Positions 1 to 9,276 of a stretch of DNA of 64,000 nucleotides are shown here, in pieces. The stretch lies in assembly GCA_965202785.1 (NCBI GenBank), contig OZ241855.1, positions 928,001 to 992,000 of the forward strand, read 5' to 3'. A program made the position numbers and the translations under genes. Source of the stretch: Thermodesulfobacteriota bacterium. GTDB lineage: Bacteria; Desulfobacterota_D; UBA1144; Nemesobacterales; Nemesobacteraceae. Each line of letters opens with the position of its first letter. Position 1 is the first letter of the stretch. The notes under the pieces were generated by a model. That model was given only the letters and a program-made list of their open reading frames with translations. It had not been told where the DNA came from and did not search any database.

Positions 1-418
1 AGAGAAAAAATTTGCTGTGCAGCAGGGAGTAAGAGGGGAGTGCGCGGGGGTTACCGTCGAGGAGAAAATCCCGGTCTTCTCAGATGCTGAGAGGCGTCTT
101 GAGCAGGCCCAGGCTCTTTTTCTCCACGGCGACTACGAGGCATGCATAAACGAGCTTTATCTGGCATGCTCCGAGAGTGCCCATGTTCCTCTCTACACCA
201 AGCTTATCGATCCGTTCACTCCTGAGCAGACGATATGGGAGTTTGAAAACCTTATCGTGAGAACCGGGGAGACTGATGAGAAATGGCTTGATGTCTCGCG
301 CAAGTTCAGCGAATACAGGGGAGGAGAGGCTTCGGCGTCAAAAGCTATAGAGTTCCTTGAAGTCGCAAAGAGTTTCCACTCTGACTGCGAGAAGGTTCAG
401 GAGCAGCTGACCGCGTAA
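1..418 (+). CDS. C-terminal part of a probable nitrite/sulfite reductase with HEPN-like tail (truncated by window edge)
   Basis: Frame is open from base 2 (EKKFAVQQGVRGECAG...). A GECAG motif followed by a helical domain resembles the C-terminus of ferredoxin-type sulfite/nitrite reductases. Confidence 0.45.
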   Translation, partial: EKKFAVQQGVRGECAGVTVEEKIPVFSDAERRLEQAQALFLHGDYEACINELYLACSESAHVPLYTKLIDPFTPEQTIWEFENLIVRTGETDEKWLDVSRKFSEYRGGEASASKAIEFLEVAKSFHSDCEKVQEQLTA

Positions 419-436
419 GGCTGGTTCAGGTGTGGC

Positions 437-871
437 TTAGTAGCCTCCGGTTATATATTTCTTAAGTGCCTCGATCTCGAATTTCTGACGGGAGATAATG
501 TGGTTTATGATGTCGCCGCTCGTCACCATCCCGCAAAGTTTCCCATCTTCTATTACCGGAAGGTGCCTTATCTTGTTCGCCGTCATGATAGCCATACTTT
601 CCTGAATCGGGTCGTCGGGCGAACCGTAGATCACATCCCTGATCATGAGTTCGCTTATTTTCGTGTTCGCCGATGACCTTCCCTGAAGGATAACCTTCCT
701 CGCGTAGTCGCGCTCGGAGAATATCCCAACGACTTTTTCCCCGTCAAGCACGAGCAGAGCACCTATTTCTTTTTCCGCCATCATCTGAAGGGCTTTATAC
801 ACGGTTTCATCCGGTCCTATCGACCATACGCTGCTGCCCTTGTGTTTAAGTATGTGTCTTAGATTTTCCAT
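437..871 (-). CDS. CBS-pair domain protein
   Basis: 144 aa with IGALLVLD..VGIFSERDY and IRHLPVIE..LCGMVTSGD tandem CBS motifs. Confidence 0.9.
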   Translation of the reverse strand: MENLRHILKHKGSSVWSIGPDETVYKALQMMAEKEIGALLVLDGEKVVGIFSERDYARKVILQGRSSANTKISELMIRDVIYGSPDDPIQESMAIMTANKIRHLPVIEDGKLCGMVTSGDIINHIISRQKFEIEALKKYITGGY

Positions 872-1127
872 GATGCACTCTGTCTTTTACGTTTCGCAAT
901 CTATATTATCAAGTATATAAGTTTTTTGCGGCAAAACAAACGGCATACGCCCAGTAGGCGGGGGTGGCCGAAGCGAACTGATGGTATCGGGAACCGACAC
1001 TTGCTTTTCGTAGTTGCCTTCAGGATATTTCATCTCTTTTTTACAGTATCTGGGAATTATTCGTATAGTATTATGTCTATGTTAATTGTCGGGGTATGCG
1101 GGATGACTTTACTAACTTTTTTTCGCA

Positions 1128-1823
1128 ATGGGTAAGACCGAAGAACTTAAAAAGGCCGCGGGTATAAAAGCCGTTGACTTCGTGCGCGCGGGAATGCTTG
1201 TCGGACTCGGCACCGGGTCGACTGCGGAGTTTGCCATCGAAGAGCTCTCAAAGCGGGTAAGAGACGGCCGGCTTTCGGACATATCCTGCGTTCCAAGCTC
1301 TGAGAGAACGAAAAATTTCGCCGAAGCCATGGACCTCGATCTCGTTGAGCTCGATTCGGCAAGGAGGATTGACGTCACTATTGACGGAGCGGATGAAATC
1401 GATTCCGATTTTAACCTTATTAAAGGGGGCGGAGGCGCCCTTCTAAGGGAGAAGATTCTCGCGCAGAACAGCAAAAGAAACATAATCGTTGCTGACGAAT
1501 CGAAGCTATCGCGGCGGCTCGGAGAGCGTTTTCCCGTTCCCGTCGAGGTGCTTCAGTTTGCCCTTGAAGCTGAAAAGGGCTACCTCGAGAGTCTTGGAGG
1601 AGGGGTCCACTTGCGACTCGCTCGCGACGGTTCCCCGTTTTTGACAGATCAGGGCAATCTTATTGTCGACTGGGGTTTTGGAGAGATGGACGACCCCTCT
1701 TTTTTCGCCGACCGGTTGTCAGCAAGGGCCGGGATAGTCGAGCACGGCCTTTTCATAGGTACCGCGAACGATATCATAGTAGCTTTCTCCCGGGAAGTGA
1801 AGCACTGGCAACCAGGCTCGTAA
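1128..1823 (+). CDS. rpiA: Ribose-5-phosphate isomerase A
   Basis: GLGTGST, DGADEID and IKGGGGALLREKI signatures. Confidence 0.97.
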   Translation: MGKTEELKKAAGIKAVDFVRAGMLVGLGTGSTAEFAIEELSKRVRDGRLSDISCVPSSERTKNFAEAMDLDLVELDSARRIDVTIDGADEIDSDFNLIKGGGGALLREKILAQNSKRNIIVADESKLSRRLGERFPVPVEVLQFALEAEKGYLESLGGGVHLRLARDGSPFLTDQGNLIVDWGFGEMDDPSFFADRLSARAGIVEHGLFIGTANDIIVAFSREVKHWQPGS

Positions 1824-1898
1824 ATTTAAGTGAATTACTTAATTTATCGTGTTTTTTGCCACGAACGATTTTTTTAATCTAGTTTGCTGGGGAAAGGA

Positions 1899-3629
1899 TC
1901 AGATAAAAAAACGGGCGATTTTCCGTATGCTCTCTGAGGCGTCAGACGTAATGCCGATTCTTATAATGCCCCTTCCCATTTCGTCAAGAGACTTGAAGTC
2001 TCCCGTGGCCTGAGCCATTTTGAGTACTTGGAAAGAGAATACTGATTCCGCAGAACCGACATCATCAGGTATGCACAGATCGTTTTTGTTATCGCTTACA
2101 ATCTGAATGAAAAACCCTTCTCCGGAGTCTCCTTTGTGAAGCTGGCCCGTTGAGTGGAGAAATCTCGGGCCGAAACCCAGAGTTACGGGCACGGATGATA
2201 TGCTTTCGATCTGCGTGCGCAGGGAAAGAAGCTCTTTTGAATTTTCTTCTGCGGGGTCTACGTAGGCCTGAATCGATACGTAACCTCTTTTCTTCGAAGA
2301 GATGATATCTCTTAGCTGTCCTGGGGATTCTATTTTTCTGTTGCTGGAGAAAGCAAGCCCGTTTTTAGAAAAATCGGGTTCTTTGGATTCAAGTTTGCCC
2401 GTTTCCCTGTAGAGCTTGAGAAAATTTCTTGCAAAGGCTTTTGCGGATTCGACATCGGGCTGGTCGAAGGGATTTATTCCCATTATGCTTCCGGCAAGTG
2501 CGACGGCAAACTCAAAGCGGAAAAGTTCTGCGGCTATCTGGTCGGGACTGTCAACTACTATCTTCACGAAGGGAATCTTAGAGTCCTTGATGCGCGAGGC
2601 GACCATATCCACAGTTCTGTCTTCCCTCAGCGAAAGAAGAATGTATGCCCTGTCATCTCCGGGCCGCGGACAGTCCGAGACCTCTTCATCAAGCAGCGGA
2701 AGTATGCCGACGCCGTTTTTTCCGGTACTTTCAGCGATCAGCTGCTCCACCCAGTAGCCGAAAGGAAAAAGTTTTTCCGAAAAAACAAAACCCAGTTTAT
2801 CTCTTCCCTGTTCGGCCATGACCCCGAGAAAGGTCCCTAGGCGAAAGGAAGGACTCTCGTGGCATTTTCCTCCGACTGAGTTTTCAAGTTCAAGCAGTAC
2901 GGAAGATGCCGATTGAAGTATCTTGCGTATATCGACTCCTGCGAGGGATGCGGGAACGAGGCCGAAGTAGGAAAGCGCGCTGAATCTCCCGCCGACATTC
3001 GGATCGTTGATAAAAACCCTGCTGAAACCATGTTCGTCGGCAGTTTGGATGAGTTTTGAGCCAGGGTCCGTTATGCAGATGAAATGTTCTCCCGGGGAGC
3101 CGGTTTTTCTCGTGAGTTCTCCGTAAAAGTATTTCATGAGGGAAACGGTTTCCACGGTCGAGCCTGATTTTGAAGAAACTACAAAGAGAGTTCTCAGAAG
3201 ATCTATGCTTTCCCGGGTCTTAAGAATGAAGTCGGGATCCGTGGTATCAAGAAGAGTGAGCCGCAAAAAGCCGTCGCGGAGGGTAAATATGTTTCTGAAC
3301 ACCTCGGAGGAGAGACTTGAGCCTCCCATGCCTAAAACAACGACGTCGGTGAACCCTTTTTTTCTTATGGATTCTGAGAAGTCGTCAATTTCGTTTATTG
3401 CCGTGAGCATCTGCTTCGGAAGATGGACCCAGCCGAGGCGATTTGTGATCTCGGAAGGATTGTCTGCCCAGAGCAGATGATCGTAGTCGAAGAATCTTTC
3501 GGCAAAACGGTTTTTCTCAAGTTCGAGGAGTTGAGATTGGATTATACTTTCGTAATTGCCCGCGTATTCAGTGTAGTTTTGTGACTCGAAACTGACTTTG
3601 TTCTTAGTGGACACGGCACTAGTTACCAA
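1899..3629 (-). CDS. pgi: Glucose-6-phosphate isomerase (PGI half of the Tal/PGI type, no transaldolase domain)
   Basis: GMGGSSL, SKSGSTVET, VGGRFS, QLIAESTGK, NPFDQPDVE and HSTGQLHKG motifs; overlaps tkt stop. Confidence 0.85.
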   Translation of the reverse strand: MVTSAVSTKNKVSFESQNYTEYAGNYESIIQSQLLELEKNRFAERFFDYDHLLWADNPSEITNRLGWVHLPKQMLTAINEIDDFSESIRKKGFTDVVVLGMGGSSLSSEVFRNIFTLRDGFLRLTLLDTTDPDFILKTRESIDLLRTLFVVSSKSGSTVETVSLMKYFYGELTRKTGSPGEHFICITDPGSKLIQTADEHGFSRVFINDPNVGGRFSALSYFGLVPASLAGVDIRKILQSASSVLLELENSVGGKCHESPSFRLGTFLGVMAEQGRDKLGFVFSEKLFPFGYWVEQLIAESTGKNGVGILPLLDEEVSDCPRPGDDRAYILLSLREDRTVDMVASRIKDSKIPFVKIVVDSPDQIAAELFRFEFAVALAGSIMGINPFDQPDVESAKAFARNFLKLYRETGKLESKEPDFSKNGLAFSSNRKIESPGQLRDIISSKKRGYVSIQAYVDPAEENSKELLSLRTQIESISSVPVTLGFGPRFLHSTGQLHKGDSGEGFFIQIVSDNKNDLCIPDDVGSAESVFSFQVLKMAQATGDFKSLDEMGRGIIRIGITSDASESIRKIARFFI

Positions 3630-5649
3630 GCAGTTCGAGGCATTCCTTGAGGATGGTTTCCGCGTTAAACCCGAAGTTGTTCATCACGTCGCGGCTTGGT
3701 GCGGATTCTCCGAAGCAGTCTATTCCGTAGGCCTTGGCGGCAGGGCCCGGTCCCGTGAACTTTTCCCATCCGAACGTTGCTCCGGCTTCGACACTTAATC
3801 TTGTACTGACAGAAGGCGGCAGGACGCTGTCTTTGTACTTCTGGGACTGAGCTTCGAAAAGACTCCAGCACGGAAGGCTTACAACTCTTGGATTTTTCTT
3901 CATCTCGCGCAGTTTTTCATAAACTTCAAGACAGACATGAACTTCGGAACCCGTGGATATCAGTACGATGTCAGGCATGCCGTCTGAATCTGCAAGTACA
4001 TAGCCGCCCGCGAGCGCTCCCTCGGGCGCGGCGTAACGGTCCCTGTCTATTATCGGAACATTCTGTCTTGTGAGAACGAACGCGGCGGGACGGTCAGAAA
4101 GTCCCATCACGTGTTTCCAAAGAATCGCAAGCTCGTTCGCGTCGCAGGGACGGATGACATCGATGTTGGGCGTGACTCTGAGGCTTGTCAGATGCTCAAT
4201 CGGCTGATGAGTGGGTCCGTCCTCGCCTACCCCTATGCTGTCATGAGTGAAAATGTAGATCACGGGAAGTTTCATCAGGGCCGCAAGCCTTATCGAAGGT
4301 TTCATGTAATCGGCAAACACGAAATAGGTCGAGGCATAGGCTCTGAGTCCGCTGAGACACATGCCGCTTGCTATCGCGGCCATTGAATGCTCCCTGACTC
4401 CGAAATGAAAGTTTCTTCCCTCGCGGTCCTCGGCGGAAAAGCTCGTCGCACACTTAAGATAGGTTTTTGTCGAGGAGCCTACATCCGCGGCGCCGCCCAT
4501 GAACCACGGCACTTTTTCTCCTATGGCGTTAATTATGCTTGAATTCGCAGAACGGGTCGCAACCGGGTCTGCGGGATAAGGAAAAGACGGGATGTTGCTG
4601 TCCCATCCCTCAGGCAGCTTCTTTTTATCAACCATCTCAAACTCGTGAGCGAGTTCCGGGTATTCGTTTGAATACTTCCTGAAATTTTCCCTCCAAGCCG
4701 CTTCGGCATCGTTTCCTCTGGCGATCGCTCCTTCCCTGTAAGAGAGGATCTCGTCGGGAATGTGAAAGTTCCCCGGGGCATCCCACCCGTAAAATTCCTT
4801 TACCAGCCTGACTTCTTCTTCTCCAAGCGGCGCTCCGTGGGCCTCGCACGTGTTCTGCTTATTGGGGCTTCCGTACGCTATCTGGCTTTTCAATATTACA
4901 ATGGAAGGCTTATCGGTTTCGGACCGCGCGCGCGCGAGGGCTTTTTCAATTTCCCCAAGATTGTTTGCGTCCGAGACTTTTTCCACGTGCCAGTTGTAGG
5001 ATCCGAACCGCATCTCCGTGTCCTCAGAATACGCAAGCGAGGTGTTGCCCTCGATTGTTATGCTGTTGCTGTCGTATATCCAGATCAGATTTCCGAGCCC
5101 CAGATGTCCCGCTATGGATGCGGCTTCTGAGGAAATTCCTTCCATCATGTCCCCGTCGCTGCAGATGGAATACACATGATGATTTATTATGTCGTAGCCG
5201 GGACGGTTAAAGTGCTGCGAAAGCCATTTACCTGCTATTGCCATTCCAACCGAATTCGATACTCCCTGTCCCAGAGGCCCGGTCGTGGTCTCAACTCCGG
5301 CCGTGATTCCCAATTCGGGGTGACCCGGACAGCGGCTGTGGAGACTTCGGAATTTCTTTATATCGTCAATCGAGATGTCGTATCCGTTTACATAAAGGGC
5401 AGCGTAAAGAAGCATGGAAGCGTGACCGGCGGAAAGGACGAAGCGGTCGCGATTTAGCCAACTTGGGTTCTCGGGATTATGCCTTAAGAACTTGTCGAAA
5501 AGTACGAAGGTCGTGGGAGCGAGGGCCATCGGGGTTCCCGGATGGCCGGACTTCGCTTCTTCCACGGCGTCCATTGCGAGAGTTCTTATACAGTTGATTA
5601 CAAGGTTCTCCAATTTCTCATCCTCGGGGAGAAATCCGTACGCAAACAT
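3619..5649 (-). CDS. tkt: Transketolase
   Basis: SGHPG, SAGHASM, GPLGQG, SDGDMMEG (TPP binding) and THDSIGVGEDGPTHQ motifs. Confidence 0.97.
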   Translation of the reverse strand: MFAYGFLPEDEKLENLVINCIRTLAMDAVEEAKSGHPGTPMALAPTTFVLFDKFLRHNPENPSWLNRDRFVLSAGHASMLLYAALYVNGYDISIDDIKKFRSLHSRCPGHPELGITAGVETTTGPLGQGVSNSVGMAIAGKWLSQHFNRPGYDIINHHVYSICSDGDMMEGISSEAASIAGHLGLGNLIWIYDSNSITIEGNTSLAYSEDTEMRFGSYNWHVEKVSDANNLGEIEKALARARSETDKPSIVILKSQIAYGSPNKQNTCEAHGAPLGEEEVRLVKEFYGWDAPGNFHIPDEILSYREGAIARGNDAEAAWRENFRKYSNEYPELAHEFEMVDKKKLPEGWDSNIPSFPYPADPVATRSANSSIINAIGEKVPWFMGGAADVGSSTKTYLKCATSFSAEDREGRNFHFGVREHSMAAIASGMCLSGLRAYASTYFVFADYMKPSIRLAALMKLPVIYIFTHDSIGVGEDGPTHQPIEHLTSLRVTPNIDVIRPCDANELAILWKHVMGLSDRPAAFVLTRQNVPIIDRDRYAAPEGALAGGYVLADSDGMPDIVLISTGSEVHVCLEVYEKLREMKKNPRVVSLPCWSLFEAQSQKYKDSVLPPSVSTRLSVEAGATFGWEKFTGPGPAAKAYGIDCFGESAPSRDVMNNFGFNAETILKECLELLGN

Positions 5650-5822
5650 TAAAAATCCGCGGCAGCGCGCGTCGGATTCATATGAAACGACGGCCGGGGT
5701 TTCGCTTGCGCGGGCCGTTTTTAAATTTACTTATAATAAACAATGGGGATAATATATCAACATATATCCGGAGGCGGTTTTTGAGGCATCTGTGGCTTGA
5801 AAACCGCCGTTTCCCGTGCGAA

Positions 5823-6536
5823 ATGAAAAAGGCGGCTTTGGTTACAGGCGGGGCGGTAAGAATAGGAAAGGAGATATCCCTGAATCTTGCCCGAAAGGGC
5901 TACTATATCGCCCTTCACTACAATTCCTCCGAAAAGGAGGCCCTAGCTACAAGGGAACTTATTCTCGGGACTGGCGTTCAGTGCGAGCTTTTCAGGTGCA
6001 ATCTTTCATCACCTGATGATGCGAGAGAGCTTATCCCGAAAGTCATGGAAAGCTTCGGGGGGCTCTGTGTTCTCGTTAACAACGCCTCGATTTTTGAGAA
6101 CGTCGGGTTCCGTGATGTGACCCCCGAATTTCTTGAAACAGATATGGCCATAAACTTCAAGGCGCCTTTTTTCCTTTCCCAGTCTTTTTCCACCGAGACG
6201 AGCGGGGGGCTTATAGTCAATTTCCTTGACACGAGAGTCAGGAAAAATCCCGTCGAGCATTTCTCCTACAACCTGAGCAAGAAATGCCTTTATCACTTGA
6301 CGAAAATGCTCGCAAGAGAACTCGCTCCCGATTTTCGGGTAAACGCCGTGTGCCCAGGAGCCGTTCTCGCTCCCCCGGGGTTCGGGGATGACTATCTTCA
6401 CAGGATGGCGCAGGGAACTCCGATGAAGCGTCCGGGTTCTATTGAGGATATAATTAACGCGTTTAACTATCTTCTGGAGAATAATTACGTCACCGGAGAG
6501 TGTCTTTTCGTTGACGGGGGCATGAGTCTTACCTAG
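5823..6536 (+). CDS. Pteridine reductase-like SDR (FolM/PTR1 family)
   Basis: TGGAVRIG, VNNAS and YNLSK (YxxxK); lies upstream of folB; start taken at ATG 5823 rather than 5682. Confidence 0.8.
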   Translation: MKKAALVTGGAVRIGKEISLNLARKGYYIALHYNSSEKEALATRELILGTGVQCELFRCNLSSPDDARELIPKVMESFGGLCVLVNNASIFENVGFRDVTPEFLETDMAINFKAPFFLSQSFSTETSGGLIVNFLDTRVRKNPVEHFSYNLSKKCLYHLTKMLARELAPDFRVNAVCPGAVLAPPGFGDDYLHRMAQGTPMKRPGSIEDIINAFNYLLENNYVTGECLFVDGGMSLT

Positions 6537-6540
6537 TGAG

Positions 6541-6888
6541 ATGATAATAAAGATCGAAAACCTTAGGCTTCGCACTATAATAGGGGTTTATGACTGGGAG
6601 AAGGAGAATCGCCAAGATCTGGTCATAAACGTCACCATCGATTTTGACGGACGCAAGGCTGCCGAGAGCGACGACATAGACGACACCTTGGACTACAAGG
6701 CCATAAACAAAAAGATCATAAGCTTTGTGGAGACAAATGATTTTAACCTGCTTGAGAGGGTCGCCGGGGGCATATGCGATATAGTTTTTGAAAATCCGGC
6801 GGTGAGGTGGGCGTCGGTGAAGGTGGACAAACCCGGGGCACTTCGCTTTGCCGATTCCGTTTCGGTGACTGAAGCGAGGGAGAGGTAA
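6541..6888 (+). CDS. folB: Dihydroneopterin aldolase/epimerase (FolB/FolX)
   Basis: IGVYDWE, DTLDY, LLERVA and KPGALRFA motifs. Confidence 0.88.
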   Translation: MIIKIENLRLRTIIGVYDWEKENRQDLVINVTIDFDGRKAAESDDIDDTLDYKAINKKIISFVETNDFNLLERVAGGICDIVFENPAVRWASVKVDKPGALRFADSVSVTEARER

Positions 6889-6959
6889 ACAACCGGAATT
6901 TTGCCGGTTATCGTGAAAGTAGCGTCGCGTACGAGTTTTCCGAAACCCTGAAACTGTAT

Positions 6960-6987
6960 TTGACATTTAGACGCCTAAATATAAAAT
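6960..6987 (+). promoter_or_regulatory. Sigma70-type promoter for a probably leaderless AAA+/DUF4143 gene, with a palindrome in the spacer
   Basis: TTGACA (6960-65), 16 nt, TAAAAT (6982-87), 6 nt, GTG start; ATTTAG-acgc-CTAAAT inverted repeat at 6965-6980. Confidence 0.6.
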
Positions 6988-6993
6988 ATAGTT

Positions 6994-8148
6994 GTGATTA
7001 GACGCAAATACTGGTTAAATCGATTGCAGGAAGCTTGGTCTCGCCGCCCTATTATCTGGCTTGCCGGCGTAAGGCGTGTGGGCAAGACGACTTTGGCAAA
7101 AATGCTGCCGGAAGCGACTTACCTGAATTGCGACCTGCCTTCCACACGGAGAGCTTTGCAGGACCCCGAGTTGTTTTTGCGGAGTCACCCGATGGACAAG
7201 CTTCTGATCCTAGATGAAGTTCACCGGCTGGCGGACCCGAGTCTGTGCTTGAAAATCGCAGCGGACGAATACCCTCGGATGCGTGTGCTGGCCACCGGTT
7301 CCTCCACGCTTGCAGCCACGCGCAAGTTCCGCGATACGCTTACGGGCCGAAAACGGACCATTCATCTGTTTCCCGTTCTCTGGGGAGAATCCATTGAGGC
7401 GTTTGAGGTAAAGGACCTTGACCGCCGCCTGCTTCATGGCGGTCTGCCGGAACTGCTGCTTTCGGAAAAAAGAGACCCCGCTTTCTACAGCGAGTGGATA
7501 GACAGCTTCTATGCCCGGGACATTCAGGAACTTTTCGGCGTACGAAGTCGGCAGGGATTTCTCTCGCTGCTGCGACTGCTGCTGCGCCAGAGCGGTGGGC
7601 AGGTGGATTATTCGCGCCTCGCTTCTGACAGCGGGCTGAGTCAGCCTACTGTAAAGACTCATATGGAATCCATGCGGACTGCCTGCGCGATACATCTCGT
7701 TCCGCCCTTTCACGGCGGCGGGAAGAGGGAGATAGTGGCCCGTCCAAAGTGCTATGCGTTTGATACCGGCTTTGTCTGCTACGAGAGGGGCTGGGACCAT
7801 ATAAGAGAGGAGGACCGCGGTCTGCTCTGGGAGCATCTTGTTCTCGATACGCTACGCAGCTCTCATGAGGATAACGCCGTTTTTTACTGGAGGGACAAAT
7901 CAGCCCGCGAGATAGACTTTATCATACGTCTTGCCGGAGGACAGGTGGATACTGTGGAATGCAAGATCAATCCCGAAAAGTTCACTACCAACGCAATGGA
8001 AGCCTTTCGCGCTTATTATCCCGAAGGGGAGAACTATATAGTCAGCCCGGGTGCCGGGGCATCATATCGCATCCGCCGGGGTAATCTTACGTATATGGTC
8101 TGCTCTCTTGATAGCAAATCAGGCTGGCCTTATCCTCTGACAATATGA
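6994..8148 (+). CDS. AAA+ ATPase (AAA_14) with DUF4143 and C-terminal PD-(D/E)xK-like domain
   Basis: GVRRVGKT Walker A, LDEVH Walker B, ATGSS, GGLPE, PKCYAFDTG, YWRDKSAREIDFII...VECK. Confidence 0.88.
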   Translation: MIRRKYWLNRLQEAWSRRPIIWLAGVRRVGKTTLAKMLPEATYLNCDLPSTRRALQDPELFLRSHPMDKLLILDEVHRLADPSLCLKIAADEYPRMRVLATGSSTLAATRKFRDTLTGRKRTIHLFPVLWGESIEAFEVKDLDRRLLHGGLPELLLSEKRDPAFYSEWIDSFYARDIQELFGVRSRQGFLSLLRLLLRQSGGQVDYSRLASDSGLSQPTVKTHMESMRTACAIHLVPPFHGGGKREIVARPKCYAFDTGFVCYERGWDHIREEDRGLLWEHLVLDTLRSSHEDNAVFYWRDKSAREIDFIIRLAGGQVDTVECKINPEKFTTNAMEAFRAYYPEGENYIVSPGAGASYRIRRGNLTYMVCSLDSKSGWPYPLTI

Positions 8149-8291
8149 CATGCGGTCTGTTCAGTATGGTTTGCCGCAACATTTCCAAAGCAAGGAGGGA
8201 GATGTTTGAGGGCTCGGTTTCTTTCGCCTTTTTCCTTAAGCTTTCAGTTATAATTTCCGGGTTCTAAACCATTAAATATAAGGTAACTGGG

Positions 8292-8702
8292 TTGAATACA
8301 GTTATTGTTGGAATTGGCTCAAACATAGATGCCGAGAGGAACGTAAGTGCCGCCAAAAGAATGCTCGGGGAAAAACTCAACGTTCTCGGAGAATCGGAAT
8401 TCGTGAGAACCAGGCCTATAGGATCACGACAGCAGCAGGATTTTCTAAACGGTTCATTGCTGATAAAAACCCGTCTTGGCCGTGAGCAGCTGAAAACCCT
8501 GCTCAAGGGGATGGAGGTTTCCCTTGGAAGAAACGTCAAGGAGGATCGCTACGGCCCGAGAAAAATGGACCTGGATATACTCGTGTGGAACGGAGAGATT
8601 GTCGATCCCGACGTTTACGAGCGGGAATTTCTCCGCCGCTCCGTGATCGAACTTTGTCCCGAACTTGGAAAAACGTTGAAGGAGGAACGGGGTCCTGCCT
8701 GA
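8292..8702 (+). CDS. folK: 6-hydroxymethyl-7,8-dihydropterin pyrophosphokinase
   Basis: IGIGSN-like start (VGIGSNI), QQDFLN, GPRKMDLDIL. Confidence 0.92.
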   Translation: MNTVIVGIGSNIDAERNVSAAKRMLGEKLNVLGESEFVRTRPIGSRQQQDFLNGSLLIKTRLGREQLKTLLKGMEVSLGRNVKEDRYGPRKMDLDILVWNGEIVDPDVYEREFLRRSVIELCPELGKTLKEERGPA

Positions 8703-9237
8703 AGAAACCGGAATCCTGGAAGGCGTCGCGCTTAGAAAGTTTTTCTCAAAAGATGACATAAAAAACGCAGTTTCTAGGCTCGCCAAGCAGATTTCGGGGG
8801 ACTACGAGGGAAAAACTCCCGTTGCGGTCTGCGTTCTCAAGGGAGCGCGCCCCTTCTTTGAAGATCTTCTGGCGCAGGTAACCGTGACGGTCGAGAGGCA
8901 GTTTCTCAGGGTTTCAAGTTACAGAGAAGGAGTGCGGCCGGGACGCCTCGAACTCTTAAGGGATGTTGAATGCGAAGTGGATGGCAGGGACGTTATAATA
9001 GTTGAAGACATAATTGACACTTCGGAGACGGCGAAGTTTATCCTGCGGCACGTAGGGTCTAAAAACCCGCGTTCGCTTCGGATATGCGCGCTTATAGACA
9101 AAAGAGGAAAGGGCGCTACGGATTCAGGTCCGGATTACACGGGTTTCCAGGTGGATGAAGGGTTTCTCGTGGGCTACGGAATGGACTACATGGAGAGGGG
9201 AAGATCGCTTGAGGATATATACCTGCTTCAGGAATAA
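8695..9237 (+). CDS. hpt: Hypoxanthine phosphoribosyltransferase, probable CTG start
   Basis: The 8884 ORF frame continues upstream with RLAKQISGDY...VCVLKGARPF; also IVEDIIDT (PRPP binding) and FLVGYGMDY. GGAGG at 8681-85 lies 9 nt before CTG 8695; in-frame TGA at 8677. Confidence 0.8.
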   Translation: MPEETGILEGVALRKFFSKDDIKNAVSRLAKQISGDYEGKTPVAVCVLKGARPFFEDLLAQVTVTVERQFLRVSSYREGVRPGRLELLRDVECEVDGRDVIIVEDIIDTSETAKFILRHVGSKNPRSLRICALIDKRGKGATDSGPDYTGFQVDEGFLVGYGMDYMERGRSLEDIYLLQE

Positions 9238-9276
9238 CTTCATTCTTGCTCCCGACAAAAAACTACGGAGACGGAC

